Assembly: GCF_003334335.1 (NCBI RefSeq)
Contig: NZ_QOWQ01000192.1
Strand: one strand, 5' to 3'
Source of the DNA: Escherichia coli
GTDB taxonomy: Bacteria; Pseudomonadota; Gammaproteobacteria; Enterobacterales; Enterobacteriaceae
Length of the DNA stretch: 420 nucleotides
The position numbers and the translations under genes are program-made. Below the pieces are notes generated by a model. The model saw only the letters and a program-made list of their open reading frames with translations. It was not told the origin of the DNA and did not search any database. Shown here piece by piece: positions 1 through 420 of this stretch. Every line of letters begins with the position of its first letter. Position 1 is the first letter of the stretch.

Positions 1-137
1 ACAACGGATTTATCAGCAACGGAAATGGCCTGGAAGCTGTGGGAGCTTATGGGGGAGGTGTATTCGAACCGCTGGACCCAGAAGAACGGGGCCGCACCTT
101 CGAAGCTCTGGATTGCCCAGATTGGCGCGATGACTGA
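1..137 (+). CDS. 3' end (44 codons) of an upstream gene, 5'-partial; codon phase begins at nt 3, stop TGA 135-137. Product not recognised; by position ahead of a P-like loader it may be the replication initiator (lambda O-like), but that is inference from synteny only.
   Basis: Frame 3 is open from the window edge to TGA 135-137. Codons are mostly the common enteric ones (ctg, gaa, ccg, cgc, acc, ttc, ggc) and G-rich at first positions. The peptide is protein-like: a Gly-rich stretch followed by an acidic tail. The competing frame 2 is full of rare aga/agg/cga/cgg codons. Frame 1 over the same region has 4 Trp in 43 residues, all arising from frame-3 CTG-GAN or GTG-GGA pairs, which marks it as off-frame. 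Confidence 0.5.
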   Translation, partial: NGFISNGNGLEAVGAYGGGVFEPLDPEERGRTFEALDCPDWRDD

Positions 138-420
138 ACAGCAAATCCGGCTGGTCTGCCGTCAGTGCATGGACCGCTGCCGGGCGGGTGAAACGTGGCC
201 CCCGGACCTGGCTGAGTTTGTTGCGCTGATTTCGGAGAGTGGGGCAAATCCATTTGGTCTTACGGTGGATGCCGTGATGGAAGAGTACCGGCGCTGGCGC
301 AATGAATCCTGGCGATACGACGGGAGTGATAAATACCCGTGGCCTCAGCCTGTGCTGTACCACATCTGCCTCGAAATGCGTACCAGAGGGATTGAGCGCC
401 AGATGACGCAGGGTGAGTTA
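130..420 (+). CDS. Lambda P-family replication protein (DnaB helicase loader), 3'-partial; first 97 codons in window. Start ATG 130 is the preferred call, with an upstream start in the same frame as the alternative.
   Basis: Frame 1 is open to the window end. The translation matches recalled lambda P motifs in order: MTEQQ vs TMEQV, PPDLAEFVAL vs PSPGQFVAWC, VDAVMEEYRR vs VDMVYEYCRK, YDGSDKYPW..LYHI vs YPDAESYPW..HYWL, and TQGEL vs TDAEL. ATG 130-132 sits exactly where both other forward frames terminate (TGA 131-133 and TGA 135-137), typical of a coupled gene boundary. No clear Shine-Dalgarno precedes it. Confidence 0.75.
   Translation, partial: MTEQQIRLVCRQCMDRCRAGETWPPDLAEFVALISESGANPFGLTVDAVMEEYRRWRNESWRYDGSDKYPWPQPVLYHICLEMRTRGIERQMTQGEL

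Noticed and set aside
10-18. DnaA-box-like TTATCAGCA (another weak match near 263-271 around GGTGGATGC)
   Set aside because: Two or more mismatches to the TTATCCACA consensus, single copies, inside coding sequence. Such near-matches are expected by chance.
51-60. Shine-Dalgarno-like GGGGGAGGTG inside the upstream gene
   Set aside because: No ATG/GTG/TTG start at a suitable 5-12 nt spacing downstream in any open frame. It simply encodes the Gly-Gly-Gly-Val stretch of the frame-3 product.
2-133. + strand frame 2 open from the window edge to TGA 131-133, which would give a classic ATGA overlap with ATG 130
   Set aside because: The frame is dominated by rare codons (aga, agg, cga, cgg, gga, ccc) and gives an Arg/Gly/Ser-rich junk peptide. 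Frame 3 is the far better candidate for the upstream gene.
180-205. Short inverted repeat CCGGG (180-184) / CCCGG (201-205)
   Set aside because: Only a 5-bp stem with a 16-nt loop, inside coding sequence and with no following T-tract. Too weak to call a terminator or regulatory hairpin.
47-253. 68-aa minus-strand ORF from the supplied track
   Set aside because: Same reasoning: Ser/Gly/Pro/Arg-rich antisense artefact entirely within the + strand genes.
13-363. 116-aa minus-strand ORF from the supplied track
   Set aside because: It lies antisense to the well-supported + strand coding sequence. The product is Arg/Pro-rich and low-complexity (RPRVFITPVVSPGFIAPAPV...), typical of an antisense read-through of a GC-rich gene, and resembles nothing I recognise.

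Overview
This 420-bp window looks like an ordinary gene junction inside a lambdoid-phage (probably prophage) replication module, not a novel system. Reading the + strand by hand, frame 3 carries the last 44 codons of an upstream gene ending at TGA 135-137 (tail ...GFISNGNGLEAVGAYGGGVFEPLDPEERGRTFEALDCPDWRDD*). Frame 1 carries a gene that starts most plausibly at ATG 130-132 and runs off the 3' edge. Its product (MTEQQIRLVCRQCMDRCRAGETWPPDLAEFVALISESGANPFGLTVDAVMEEYRRWRNESWRYDGSDKYPWPQPVLYHICLEMRTRGIERQMTQGEL...) resembles, from memory, the central region of phage lambda replication protein P, the DnaB helicase loader. The two genes overlap by 8 nt (ATGACTGA), which suggests translational coupling. 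Both ORFs in the supplied track are on the minus strand and look like antisense artefacts; the track missed the + strand genes because both are truncated by the window. The most notable details are a Cys-x2-Cys-x3-Cys cluster in the P-like protein and its apparently short N-terminus, but neither can be confirmed without alignments. All homology statements are recalled, not searched.
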